Assembly (NCBI RefSeq): GCF_018350175.1
Contig: NC_058384.1
Location: 65,472,001 to 65,536,000 of the forward strand
Length of the DNA stretch: 64,000 bases
Source of the DNA: Felis catus
Lineage: Eukaryota
Direction of reading: 5' to 3'
The notes beneath the pieces were generated by a model that worked only from the letters and a program-made list of their open reading frames with translations, had not been told where the DNA came from and ran no database searches. The position numbers and the translations under genes are program-made. This document shows, piece by piece, positions 13,347-25,187 of this stretch (positions are counted from its first letter, which is position 1; each line of letters begins with the position of its first letter).

Positions 13347-13889
13347 ACCCCTATTCATTTTTATGTCACTCCAACGAGCCTCGAATTCCATCGTGGCTGG
13401 TGTATGTGATCAGTGCACTGATGTCGAATCGAGTTTGTGGATTAAATAAGCTGAAAAGGGAGACGATTTTAGTGTCGGGAAATGGTTTATTAATGTGGGG
13501 TGCTGAGCATCGGGGGGATTCAAGAATGGAGAGAGGGCTGGGGGCGAGTTGATGGTGGCAATTTTCAGAACCACGGTGTCTTTCATGTCTCTTCTGTCCT
13601 GCTGTCTGGTCTCATCTGCATGTGGGGCCACAGAGGAGAAGGCCAGGAGCCCAGCTGGAGGGGCGAAGAGGAAGCTAGCCTGTGCTGTGCTGCAGCAGAG
13701 TCTATTTGGGCTGCCTCGGAGACCACAAACACGGCAGGGGCACGGATGGGAACAGGCTGTGACATCGCCACCAATGCCCTGGACACAGCAGTTTTCTGTT
13801 CTTGTTTGTAATAACAGAGTGAGTAGTTGTGCCGATAGAAACAGAGCATACTCACGAACAAGTCAAGATCTATCTATCTTGATCTATCT

Positions 13890-14861
13890 TCAGCCTCTAG
13901 ATCTATCCCCGACCCCACTAGCCCTCCTCCGACGGCAGAAAAGCCTTCCAAGAGCATCTTTCATGTCCTTGTTTCTGAGGCTGTAGATAATGGGGTTCAG
14001 GAAGGGGGCAAGGATGACAAAAGTGATAGCAATTGCTGTGTCCCAAAATACGGAGTAGGTGGCTGAGAATCGCAGGTACATGACGGCGACACTGCCGAAA
14101 AACAGCAAGAACACAGCCAGGTGGGCGGCGCAGGTAGAAAAGGCCTTGCGGCGGCCCTCGGCCGAGGGCATCCCCAGAATCGCCACGATGATCCGGATGT
14201 AGGATAGGGCGATGGCCAGGAAGGAGGCCACAATCTCCCCTGCATGGATGGCGTCCACAATGACCGCCAGGGACGTGTCCGTGCAGGCCAAGCTCAGCAC
14301 GGGCGTAAAGTCGCAGAATATCTGCCGGATCTGGTTGGAGCCACAGAAAGGCAGGGTGGCAATCCACACGATCTCGGGAAGCACGAGGAGGAAGCCACAG
14401 ACGCAGGACCCAGCGGCCAGCTGGGTGCACAGCCTGGGAGTCATGATGGTCGCGTACCGGAGAGGCCTGCAGATGGCGACGTACCTGTCAATGGCCATGG
14501 CCGTCAGGACGCAGCCTTCTGTGATGCCCAGGGAGTGGAAGAAATACATCTGTAGGAGGCAGCCAGCCACAGAGATGGTCTTGTGCTCACTGATCAGGCT
14601 GGAGAGCATCTTGGGGATGGTGGTCGTGGTGTACCAGATCTCCAGGAAAGAGAGGACGCTGATGAAGAAATACATGGGGGTGTGCAGGGCCCTGTCCAGC
14701 CGGACGACGATGAATATCATTAGGTTCCCAGTTACGATAAATCCGTAGGTGAGAAGCAGAAGAACGAAGAAGAGGACGCCACCTTCAGGCAGATGTGGGA
14801 ACACAGAGAAGAGGAACTCAGTCACCGTAGTCAAATTCCCACCGGTCACCAACTCCGTCAT
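13890..14861 (-). CDS. OR6K6: Olfactory receptor 6K6 ortholog, 323 aa from the ATG at 14861
   Basis: Intact OR ORF ([60 protein letters not shown]) matching recalled human OR6K6. The ATG directly follows a pyrimidine tract + CAG (tctctgtctcttttcttccgctggcag|ATG), so the track's GTG start at 14915 is probably intronic. Confidence 0.92.
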   Translation of the reverse strand: MTELVTGGNLTTVTEFLFSVFPHLPEGGVLFFVLLLLTYGFIVTGNLMIFIVVRLDRALHTPMYFFISVLSFLEIWYTTTTIPKMLSSLISEHKTISVAGCLLQMYFFHSLGITEGCVLTAMAIDRYVAICRPLRYATIMTPRLCTQLAAGSCVCGFLLVLPEIVWIATLPFCGSNQIRQIFCDFTPVLSLACTDTSLAVIVDAIHAGEIVASFLAIALSYIRIIVAILGMPSAEGRRKAFSTCAAHLAVFLLFFGSVAVMYLRFSATYSVFWDTAIAITFVILAPFLNPIIYSLRNKDMKDALGRLFCRRRRASGVGDRSRG

Positions 14862-15069
14862 CTGCCAGCGGAAGAAAAGAGACAGAGAAACTCCTGAAAC
14901 TGGCGTGGCGATCACACACCGGAAACAGCTCCTTTCTGTGATCAGTTACCTAAGTTGACTCTGGGACCCTAGACAGGATAGTTAGAAATATCTCTCAGCT
15001 GTAGAGATCTCTAACCTGCTAGAAATATCTGTAATCTTGGCTTTGGGACCCCTCAGCGCATCTTTTAAA

Positions 15070-15282
15070 AAATTTTTTTGCAACGTTTCTTTATTTTTGA
15101 GGGAGAGATGGACAAAGTGCGAGTCGGGGAGGGGCCGAGAGAGGGAGACACGGAATCCGAAGCAGGTTCCAGGCTCCGAGCTGTCAGCACAGAGCCCGAC
15201 GCGGGGCTCGAACTCACGACCCGCGAGATCATGACCTGAGCCGAAGTCGGACGCTCAACCAATTGAGCCACCGAGGTGCCCC
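15070..15282 (-). mobile_element. SINEC_Fc
   Basis: Reverse full-length SINE ending 'gagccaccgaggtgcccc'. Confidence 0.9.
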
Positions 15283-16041
15283 TCAATACATCTTTTGTAA
15301 ACATCTTCAGCGGATGCAAAGAAAACACAAAGCGACACACAAATGAATTCTCCAGAAATACTTGCTGGGGGCTCACTTTTTTAATTCCTTGGTTCTCCCC
15401 CTCACTCTCTGCCTCTCTGTGTTTAGCTTTAAAATGTGTACCTTTCTTTCCAACTATTCTCCACTCCTGTTCTTCACAGCGAGTTTAAAAAAAAATACAA
15501 AGACACTCTCAGGAGCCCTTGTCTCAATAATTCATCACGCTGCTCCCCCATTTTTTCTGGCCCTGATCCCTAACGTGAGGTTGGCGGGCTGGTCATCTCC
15601 ACTTCTGCTTTGTTTCTGTTTTGTTTCACGGTGACATCTGTTTCCCATTAGATGCCAAGTGCCCAGATGCCAGGAAATACCCCTGCTCACATCCCTCTCC
15701 TTCTCCCCCTTCTCTGCCTCTCTCAGTGCTTGATCCTGACAGTTCCTCAGACCAAGAGTCTCTCCAGAACCACCTTGCGCCTGACTATTTGTCACTGAAT
15801 TTTGGGCAGGCATGTAACTCCACTCCACACACCGCACACCTCCTAAGCCACATCAAAGAGCCAACAGGAAGGAAATCATTCCAAATAAAAAATCACTTCT
15901 AACGTAACTACGCCTGCCACGAAACCCAGCTGCAATGGAAATCTACCTGTTAGGGAGAAGGGCCAGCTAGACTTTTTGTAAGGCAACTTAATGTTCGTGA
16001 GAGCAGGGTGCATTACCTCTCGCCTGGACTATTTGATTTTG

Positions 16042-16263
16042 TTTATTTTTTTTTTAATTTTTAATGTTTATTCCTTTTTGAGAGACAGAGCATGAGCAGG
16101 GGAGGGACAGAGAGAGAGAGAGACACACACACAGAATCCGAAGCAGGCTCCAGGCTCTGAGCTGTCAGCACAGAGCCTGATGTGGGGCTCGGACCCAGGA
16201 ACCGTGAGATCATGACCTGAGCTGAAGTCGGACGCTCAACCGACTGAGCCACCCAGGTGCCCC
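16042..16263 (-). mobile_element. SINEC_Fc
   Basis: Reverse full-length SINE ending 'gagccacccaggtgcccc'. Confidence 0.9.
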
Positions 16264-17296
16264 TACATTATTTCATTTCATTTATTTCTACCTGTGACAG
16301 AGAGATTATTATGGTTTTATAAGTAGAAAAGCTGAGAACTGAGAGGGGAGAAATAACTTGTTCAAATACACTTTTCGGGGATCCCAAACAGTTGCTAGGA
16401 GCCTGGTCTGTAGGCCTTAAAATTCCACGATTATTTTTTTGTTCCACAGTGGGGGATTTAGGTCCGGAGTCACCAGTCGTTCGTCCTGTCTGCTCCGTAC
16501 CCTGAGTACCTCTATATCCTCAGGACCGTCCTGAGTGTGAGATGAGAGCGTTGTTGGGTTTTGTTCTTTCGGGTCAAAAGCAGATGAAAATAAATGCATT
16601 GCAGGTTAGGAAAAGCAATTTATATAAAATGCCTCTCGCCTTCAGCCTCAAGCCTCGAAGAAGGCTTTGGAAGGGAGGAAGCTTCAGTGCTTAGCAGAAG
16701 GGCGGAGCCTGCATTGGGAGAGCTGTGAGGTCTGAATGCTCTCCACGGAAGCAGCCACTTACTTCTCTGTCCTTTCTCAGCCGGAAGCAGCCAGACAATG
16801 GCCATGCTGAGTGGTCTTTGTGGAGAACGTAGATGGACAAAGCGGGAGGCTACGGTGTTAGGAGAAAAGGGAAGCAAGTTCAGCACTACGTGGCTCATAG
16901 CTGGCAAATAGAGTGGCCGCTTTGCGGCCCTGAGTGAGGCCCTTCTCACTAGGAAGGCTGCACCATTGGTCACCGTTCAAACGTTTATTCAGTTAACACT
17001 CACGTATTGACTGACCTTCCGCTAAGTGCCGGTCGCTGCCGTCGGTTCGAGAGCTAGCTGCGGGTGCATAAAACCGCTCTCCTAGATTCTGCGCTTCATT
17101 CTTTTGACCGTTTCGCTCATGTAATAGAGTTCTAAAAATATGAAGTTTTACCCCAGACATTGAGGAAACTTTACCTTGGAAAACGAGGGCAAATCCGAGT
17201 CCAGAGGAGTTAAGGATACGAAGAAAGCAGGAGGCAGGTGCAGGAGGAGGCGGGTTAGCGGTTAGATTGGAAAACTTCCTTTCAACAGTCTTTTGC

Positions 17297-17530
17297 ACTC
17301 GCCTTGCCTGAGACCACAGTGACGTTCTTCAGCGTCTCTGCAGCTACCAGCCCCTGCCGATTGTCAGCAGGGGTATGGATGTCAGGGAATTTCTAGAGAA
17401 AAAATCCTTTCCTGGGACTTTCTCTTTAGATGATGCAAGATCCGAAGGCAAGTGGTGTATTTGACTCTCCCCCTCTGAGGGATAAATTAAGGGGAAAGTG
17501 CCACATAATAATTAGAGATTCCCCAGGGTC
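17297..17530 (-). promoter_or_regulatory. Candidate OR6K6 promoter and non-coding first exon
   Basis: Minus strand: CCCTGGGGAAT (O/E) next to CTAATTA, then TTAATTTATCCCTCAGAGGGGA; donor-like AAG|GCGAGT about 166 nt downstream. Confidence 0.45.
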
Positions 17531-18320
17531 GGGTCTCAAAGGCCTCCTTGTGGCCAAATCACCTTGTGTCGCACAGGGGAGTACAGAGCTGGGCCCTGGG
17601 GCTGGAGTAGTGGTGGGCGTCAGAACTGACCAGTCGGGGCCCTGCTTCTCTGGAAACACTCTCTCAGCTTTCACCATGCTGTCCATTCCCTCTGCTGCTC
17701 TCAGAACAATGATGATAATACTAATGATGAATCACTTGGGACATCAACAAAAATAAGGACCTGTAAAGGATGTGTCACACGTAGAGGCAGTACTTTATAA
17801 AACTATGTTGGAAGATATCAAACACCCAAATAAATGGATTGATATGATGTATTAATGAATAGAATGTCTTGATTACAGAAACACGGCAATTCTACACAAA
17901 TGAGTCCATTCCTTCAATGCAATTTCCACCGAAATTCCATTTGGGTAGGTGGAGTGGGGAACGTCAGGAGGAGGGACAAGACTCAGATATTTCAAAGGAG
18001 AAGATTAAAATGGTAAGGCCTGTCCTACTATGGATCAAAGGTTATATCAGCGACATAACAAGCAAATGGAAGCCAGGGAATAGACCGATGCAGTGTGGAG
18101 CTTTGACATATGGCGGAACAGAAACCACAGAGCAGAGTACGGGGGGAGGATGGGCAGAGACGCACAGTGGGTCTACAGAGTAAGGGCTGATTATTACTAA
18201 GTGGTGCGGGAATCTCGATTTAAACATACGAGAGACCTAAAATAAAACTCGTCCTGACATTACATTCCCATACAGCTACAGATAGAATGAAGGTCTAATA
18301 TGAGAAATCAACTTTAATGC

Positions 18321-18434
18321 TTTTTTTTTAAAGATTTTATTTTTAAGTAGTCTCTACACCCAGCATGGGGCTTGAACTCACAACCTTGCGATCAAGAGTC
18401 ACATGCTCTACTGACTGAGCCAGCCAGGTGCTTC
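18321..18434 (-). mobile_element. Short older CanSINE
   Basis: 'aaagattttatttttaagtagtctctacacccagcatggggcttgaactcacaacc...tgagccagccagg'. Confidence 0.85.
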
Positions 18435-18714
18435 CCTTTGAAAAAAACTTTTTTTTAGTTTTAAAACTTTAATACTTAAAATAAAATTTGGAGACTATTT
18501 TATCACTTCACATAGGGAAAATATCTTAAGTCAATAGAAATATAAATTACAAAGGAAAAGATCATTAAATTCAGGTATATTAGTATTTCCATTTACCAAA
18601 TGGTACCATTGAGAAAATAAAAAGACAAAGTACCTGTTAGGAAGCTGTATTTGTAAATGATATAACTGACAACAGTATTTGTAAATAGCTCCTGCAAATT
18701 AAAAAGAAAATGAT

Positions 18715-18938
18715 GTTTTTTAAAGTTTTTTAAATGTTTATTTATTTTTGAGAGGGAGAGAGAGACATAGTGTAAGCCAGGGAGGGGCAGAGAGAGAGGG
18801 AGACACAGAATCCGAACCAGGATCCAGGTTCCGAGCTGTCAGCACAGAGCCGGTCGCGGGGCTGGAACCCATGAACGGCAAAATCACGACCGGACCCAGA
18901 GTCAGGTCGCTCAACCGACTGAGCCACCCAGGGGCCCC
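18715..18938 (-). mobile_element. SINEC_Fc
   Basis: TSD taaaaagaaaatgat at 18700-18714 and 18939-18953. Confidence 0.92.
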
Positions 18939-19882
18939 TAAAAAGAAAATGATTTTAAAAACCAGGTGAATACATGCATATAATATACATGCAGATGCAC
19001 ACATATACACTCAACCTCACTGATAAGCAGGGAAATGCAAATCGAAAAAATAGTGCATTATTTATATGTACAACCGAACAGCAACAAATGTGACCACACA
19101 CAATGATGAACAGTAGTAGAAATTCATGCTTCATTGATGGAATACAGACGTTGAAAAACAATTTGGCCGTCTCTCACAGAGCTGAAGGCATAAATGCTCG
19201 ACAACACAAAATGTTCACACCTAACGAATGATTAATTTGTGTCCCATTAACACGAGATGGAAGTATGTATTTAGAGCTGCAGCCACATAGGTTGATATGA
19301 ATGATTCTCAAAAATATGCTGAGTGAATAAGCAAGTTGCGCAATAACACCTAAAATATCATCCAATTTACACAGAGTTAAATAGACAAAACTAAACACTG
19401 TGTTGTCTTTGACTGCATATCCACGCACTTACAGGGTAATGAACACAATATCCAGGTTAACGGTGATACGTAGCATTTGAGGGTTTGGGGGCAAGGATCG
19501 GATTGAGGAGGAGCGTTTAGTGGACTTCAAAGTTATTAATAATGTTCTTTCTTACCTGGGGTCATGGGTTCGTGTGAATGAGAGGTAAAAATGTAAAGCA
19601 AAATGGACATAGAAAGGTAAACTACTCTCTAAAGAAAAGCAAGAAGGGGGAAATGAAGGCCGTGTGGTAGCCCAAAAGCAACCATAAGTAGAGGGTGAGT
19701 ATGTATTTTAAGATGAATGCATTTGAACATATTTATAAGCGGAAGGAGCAGACAACATAGAGAGGAAGCAGTGAGAAGATTCTTAAAATTAGTGAATTCA
19801 CTCATTCATCCAATTATTTTTTTAACAATGTATCCATTCATCAAGTGCTTATCAGGGGTCTGTTTTAAAATACCACCTTCTT

Positions 19883-20108
19883 GGGGCGCCTGGATGGCGC
19901 AGTCGGTTGAGCGTCCGACTTCAGCCAGGTCACGATCTCGCGGTCCGTGAGTTCGAGCCCCGCGTCAGGCTCTGGGCTGATGGCTCGGAGCCTGGAGCCT
20001 GTTTCCGATTCTGTATCTCCCTCTCTCTCTGCCCCTTCCCCGTTCATGCTCTGTCGCTCTCTGTCCCAAAAATAAATAAAAAACGTTGAAAATAAAATAA
20101 AATAAAAT
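19883..20108 (+). mobile_element. Young SINEC_Fc
   Basis: CpG-rich copy, (TAAAA)n tail, TSD aaaataccaccttctt at 19867-19882 and 20109-20124. Confidence 0.95.
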
Positions 20109-20195
20109 AAAATACCACCTTCTTACATGCAAACATTTGTTGAATGAATAAATAATTTTGCTATAATTGATGGGTGCCACCTTAAGAAGGTGATT

Positions 20196-20378
20196 CTTTA
20201 AAATTATCTTAATGTTTATTTTATTTGTAAGAGAAAGAAACAGAGACAGAGTGCGAGCAAGGGAGGGGCAGAGAAAGAGGGAGACACAGAATCTGAAACA
20301 GATTCTTGAACCCACGAACCATGAGACCATGACCTGAGTTGAAGTTGGATGCTTAACCAATTGAGCCACCCAGGCGCC
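20196..20378 (-). mobile_element. CanSINE with internal deletion
   Basis: Reverse SINE lacking the central 'ctccaggctctgagctgtcagc' segment. Confidence 0.85.
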
Positions 20379-20445
20379 ACCTTCATAAGGAGATTTATAT
20401 TACAAACAGCATGTACTACAAATGTTTAATTAAAGCTTCATTGTA

Positions 20446-20616
20446 TGAAATGAAATGAAATGAAATGAAATGAAATGAAATGAAGTGAAGTGAAGTGAAA
20501 TGACATGGAGTGAAGTGAAGCGAAGTGAAGTGAAGTGAAGTGAAGTGAAATGAAATGAAATAAAATAAAATAAAATAAAATAAAATAAAATAAAATAAAA
20601 TAAAGTAAAATAAAAT
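20446..20616 (+). repeat. Compound pentanucleotide repeat (TGAAA)n(TGAAG)n(TGAAA)n(TAAAA)n
   Basis: Directly visible. Confidence 0.95.
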
Positions 20617-21439
20617 ACTACCTTTTTAAAAACTAGTCACTGAGTCAACAGTGTCACCCTTACTCTACCATGTATATTCCTTTCACTATCAGGGTTGTTG
20701 TTTTTGCTTTAGTTTTTGTTTTTAACTCAAATCCATTTTCAAATTCTGTTTCCTTTCTATATGTACTGCTGCCAGTCCATTAGATTTTTAACACTTCATA
20801 CCTGTTTTATATGTCTTTTTTGTAAAAGAATAAAAATCATCTTGTGGTGTACGTTTTTTCTTCCTCTGGCTTTGCTCACCTGGAGGTAAATGTTAGACTC
20901 ACGTTTTAGTTTAAATAAAAGAGAAAAAGAAAGAATGAAAGTATCCTTCTGGTTGTATTCCCCACTCATTATGTGGGGGAACTTGTCAAATCCCAGGTCT
21001 CTCCAAGGGCTAGCTCGTCAATACCTCTTTCCAGTGGCAGGAAAGGCATCTGCCACTGAGACCATCGAGGCATGCCACATACCCTCCGTGGGACCCCTTT
21101 GTTCTCACTCCTGCCACTACTGCTAATGGCTGTGTGATCCCCGGGATGCCTCTGAAAAGTTCTGCTGAGCCTCGCTGGGCATCTGCTGGCAGATTCTTCT
21201 ATGTTGTTCTACAGGGTTGCTGTGTGTCACTGAACTACTCTGAAGCTGCTTCAGTGCAAAGTGGAGAAAACCTTCTGCCTTTGAACCACATTTTGTTAGC
21301 TTCACTCCTCTTGTTCCTCATCCTTCTTCTGTCTCGGCAGATAATTTCTATATAAACAATCCTCTCACCCTTTGGACAAGAAAGGAAACCAAGTTTTCCT
21401 TGCCATGTGGTGTCTAGCCAGACTCAAAGACCTGGCTTC

Positions 21440-21671
21440 CCAAAGGTGTGGCAACTTCACGAAAGGGGAGCATGGCAGCCAGGGTTCCCCTAATTAACCA
21501 CAGGGGACATGGAGTTGCTTTCTCTGGGACCAGAGAGAACCTTTCTGAAGAGAGCCCTTCTCCCACTGGACGATCCCCTGAGACGCCCGGGGCTGTGCTT
21601 GCAGTCATAACTCTCCTGTTTGTAGACTGCACAACCACGGAGATGAGGACATTCATCAGACAGAGGTGGCC
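21440..21671 (+). promoter_or_regulatory. OR6K-type promoter/first-exon-like module with no adjacent CDS
   Basis: CTAATTAACCACAGGGGA (21490-21507), then ttgctttct, O/E-like TCCCCTGAGA and CAGAG|GTGGCC at about the spacing seen in the modules at 33.0, 41.6 and 49.2 kb. Confidence 0.4.
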
Positions 21672-22929
21672 CCTGGGTTCTGGAAGAGGTGGCTTTGGGA
21701 TGAGGGGTGGGCTCTGTACTTTGGTGTGTGCATGGGTGGCATTTGGGGCTGTGTGTTGGGGAATTTTATTTTTTCTGTTCGTTTTCAGTGCAGACCTGTG
21801 GAAGCTTGGTCTAGGCTTAGCAGCATGAGTGAGGCAGGGGGAAAGGCCCATAGCTCAGGGATGAGGGGGTTGGCGGATTTCCCAGGACTGCCAATGGTCA
21901 TAACAAACATCATTGAATTTTGTCTGGGCCACTAGCTGTATGACTCTCTTAGCCTCCATGATTTCTGGGTTAACTTCTGATGCAGGAAGCTTGCGTTTTA
22001 TTTAGTGGAATCAGAAAATGCCCTCAAGGTAAAGCAATGCCGTGGCAGCCAGAGGAGCCTAGTCGTTGAGATTCTAAAAGGGAGCTCCACTCTTCCGGAA
22101 AATACACAAGTCCAATTAGATACGATTGGAAGGCCCAATATTGCCTTCCTATATGCATCTCCCTTCCTAAAGACTCAAGTTTCTGAAGACCTGCCAATTT
22201 TCCTCTTTTCCACGTTTCGATTCCCTAATTCCAAAATGTACTGGCCCCAGAGCAAAATGTTAGTTTCCCTATTGATCTCCCCGCTGCCTCCGAAAGAAGA
22301 ATCCAGAACATTGTAAAGTGTTAACTTCTGTCATGAGGAGTTTATACAGGGAATGACAGAACTGAGAGATCTTGGGATGTCAAAATGATTTAAAAGTCTC
22401 ATGTGCATTCACATTATTTATCATGCTAGGATGTTTAGGCTTTATGCGGCAGCCTCTACGATTCACCTCCACGTCTGTTTTCAGACACAGTATTGACAGC
22501 TTTGCATTTAAGAAAGATTATTCCAGAATCTGAGTGGACGGTAAACTGGGACAAATCAAGTCTGAAAACAGTGAGTCTAGATAAGAGTAATTGAGGCAAG
22601 ACACCATCAGACGCCTACATTACTTTTGCTTGTAAACTTCTGTTTTTTCTTAAGTAGACGTTTTGTTTAAGAAAATCAAAGGGAAATTTTGCCTTTCGTA
22701 TTTCTCCTGTTTCAACATAGGTTTAATATTCTGCTGTATTTACAAAAAGGAAGAACGAAAAAAATTAAAAAATATTTGGCTGCCATACACCATGCTGACT
22801 CTCCGTTTGTTTAAACCCTCTGAAATTCTGCTTTCAGAATAACTTTATCTATTTTTTGTACCTATTGTCAGCTCGCAATTGCCTTGACTCTTTGGGATTG
22901 ATATCAGTTGTTTTCTCCTTCGAGGTATT

Positions 22930-23470
22930 TATTTTAATTTAAAAGTTTTGAGATATGACTGGCACTTAACATCGTGTCAGTTCAAGGTGTGCGTGCCGGC
23001 GTGATGCACTTGTAGACTGCCGTGTGATTCCCGCCGCAGCTCGATTAACATCGCTCCCCCGTCATGCGACTGTGGAGTCCCCATCTCTGACAACTTCACC
23101 CCGAGGTGGTTTAATACAGCGAAGGCACGTCTCAGACTTCCGCCACACATACAAGCATTTAAGGGCAAACAGGCGCAGAAAATATTATCACACCTGTTCT
23201 TCGAAGTTCATGGAAGTCCCAACTTTCTTCTTTTTTTTTCTTTTTTATTACTGAACTATAATCGACATCCGGTCTTAGGTTAGTTCGGGGTGTGCGACAC
23301 CGTGATCTGACACCTGTATGCGTCACGCAGTGTTCACCGCGGTATCTGCAGCTACTTCCTGTCACCATACACTGTCAATATGACACTGATTGTATTCCCT
23401 ATGCTCTACTTGTCTTTCCCATGACTTATCTGATAACTGCGTGTTAGTGCCTCTTAATGCCCTTCATGCA
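22930..23470 (-). mobile_element. Two short L1 3'-end fragments (L1MA/L1_Carn-like)
   Basis: T-rich starts followed by 'gagatatgactggcacttaacatcg' and 'tgaactataatcgacatcc...ttccctatgct'. Confidence 0.6.
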
Positions 23471-23811
23471 AATCTCTGTACTTCAGGCTCTCTGATTATG
23501 AGAAGAAAGAAAAAAATCAAAGACAAAGTTAATCAGACAAAGTAAAGACAAAATTATCAGAACTCTTTCTGGCAGAAAAGCTAACCTGGTGAGATCAGGT
23601 GATGGACCGTCTGTTAAGGGAGGGGCACAGAAATGTATGTGTCATGGTCCTATTGCTATCCCCTCCCCTCCAGCCTCAGAGGCCGCTTGGCTTGTTGTGT
23701 TATTTTATCATTTCAGATGAGGGGGTAGGTATATTTCCCTCCAATCTACATATCTTGGTCACCTGGTTTTTTTGCTACTCCCCCCCCCCCAAATTCTAAC
23801 ATTCCGTATGC

Positions 23812-24041
23812 CACGGATTCTCAACTGGGGCGATTTTACTCCCTCTTCTCCCCTGCAGGGACACTTGGCAATGTCTAGAGACATCTTGGTGATCATGACT
23901 GGGGGAGGGGTCCATGCCACGAACACCCAGGAGGTAGAGGTCAGCATTGCTGCCAATCGTTCTACAATGGACAGGGAAGCTTCCAGCCTTTCACCTCCAG
24001 CAAAGAACTATCTGGTCCGAAATGTCAGTTGAGGAGATCTG
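23812..24041 (+). mobile_element. MER20 (hAT-Charlie) DNA transposon fossil
   Basis: 'ttctcaactggggcgatttt...gggacacttggcaatgtctagagacat...aaagaactatctggtccgaaatgtca'. Confidence 0.85.
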
Positions 24042-24146
24042 CTCTATGCTAATTAATGAACCCTATAGTGTGGATACAGACATGGATATTTGACGCTCTT
24101 ACAAAACCTGTTCAGTGTGGACTGCCAATTAGTCTTCGTTTAAAAA

Positions 24147-24323
24147 TTTTTTTTAATGTTTATTTTTCAGAAAGAGAGAGAGAGGGAGGCACAGAATCTG
24201 AAGCAGGCTCCAGGCTCTGAGCTGTCAGCACAGAGCCCAACGTGGGGCTCAAACCCACAACCTCTGAGATCGTGACATGAGCTGAAGTCAGACGCTCAAC
24301 TGACTGAGCCACCCAGGTGCCCC
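24147..24323 (-). mobile_element. CanSINE
   Basis: Reverse SINE body and head. Confidence 0.9.
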
Positions 24324-24970
24324 TAAGATACCCACTTTAAATGATCTTATTCTTACCCACAGAGGGGATCATTCTGTCACAACTCATTTTGTGTCTCCAA
24401 CATTTCATCTCCAAACAATAAAGATGTCTACCGACTTAAGTTGTTTCTAATTTACTAGTATAACAAATACTCCAATGAGTCTTCGTATACAATATTTTAC
24501 TCTTCAGAATATCTTCCTTGTGCTATTTTGGTGAAACGGAGGCTTTAAACAGTCTCAAGAGTCTCAATAAAAATTGCCAAAATGCCATTGAGAAGAGTCT
24601 GTACCAACTTAAGTGTCCGAACAGCAAAAATCACTTGCCTAGTTAACAGAATAGTTGATCACATATGGTGTCATAATTACTGCTAAGTATTTGCAAATTA
24701 GACAGGATCACCTTATAGCTTGCAGAGCCACTCACAGACACATGTCGGCACTGACTTTGTGACGTCTCTGTCATCTTGTCATCATCAACCCCATTGTGCT
24801 TATGGTTCACATTGTCTGAAGAATTCTGGAGTAGGTAGGTACTCTTGGAAGCTTGAAGGTCAAGTAGATGACCTACATAGGTTTGGGACCAAAACAAAAA
24901 ATGTACACATCATGTAAACACATGTATGTGTCCCTTTTTAAAATTAACAGCACTATATTAAAATGCTCTG

Positions 24971-25187
24971 GGGGCGCCTGGGTGGCGCAGTCGGTTAAGC
25001 GTCCGACTTCAGCCAGGTCACGATCTCGCGGTCTGGGAGTTCGAGCCCCGCGTCGGGCTCTGGGCCGATGGCTCAGAGCCTGGAGGCTGTTTCCGATTCT
25101 GTGTCTCCCTCTCTCTCTGCCCCTCCCCCGTTCATGCTCTGTCTCTCTCTGTCCCAAAAATAAATAAAAACGTTGAAAAAAAAAATT
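24971..25187 (+). mobile_element. Young SINEC_Fc
   Basis: TSD aaaatgctctg at 24960-24970 and 25188-25198. Confidence 0.95.

Larger units (their letters stand above)
17740..19570 (+). mobile_element. Degenerate old L1 (L1ME-like) ORF2 3' part and 3' UTR, interrupted by SINEs
   Basis: Decayed L1 motifs ('aataaatggattgatatg', 'agcagggaaatgcaaatc', 'tctcaaaaatatgctgagtgaataagcaag'). Confidence 0.6.

Noticed and set aside
14862-14915. 18-aa N-terminal extension of OR6K6 in the ORF track
   Set aside because: Starts at GTG and runs through a pyrimidine tract and CAG acceptor, so it is probably intron.
18308-18320. AACTTTAATG resembling the H/P-element 13-mer AACTTTTTAATGA
   Set aside because: Imperfect match lying at an L1/SINE junction.
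20446-20616. CRISPR-like or satellite array
   Set aside because: Simple 5-mer microsatellite with no spacers, in mammalian DNA.
21255-21290. Minus-strand QRQKVFST resembling the OR KAFST motif
   Set aside because: Flanking sequence is not OR-like and stops immediately; probably chance.
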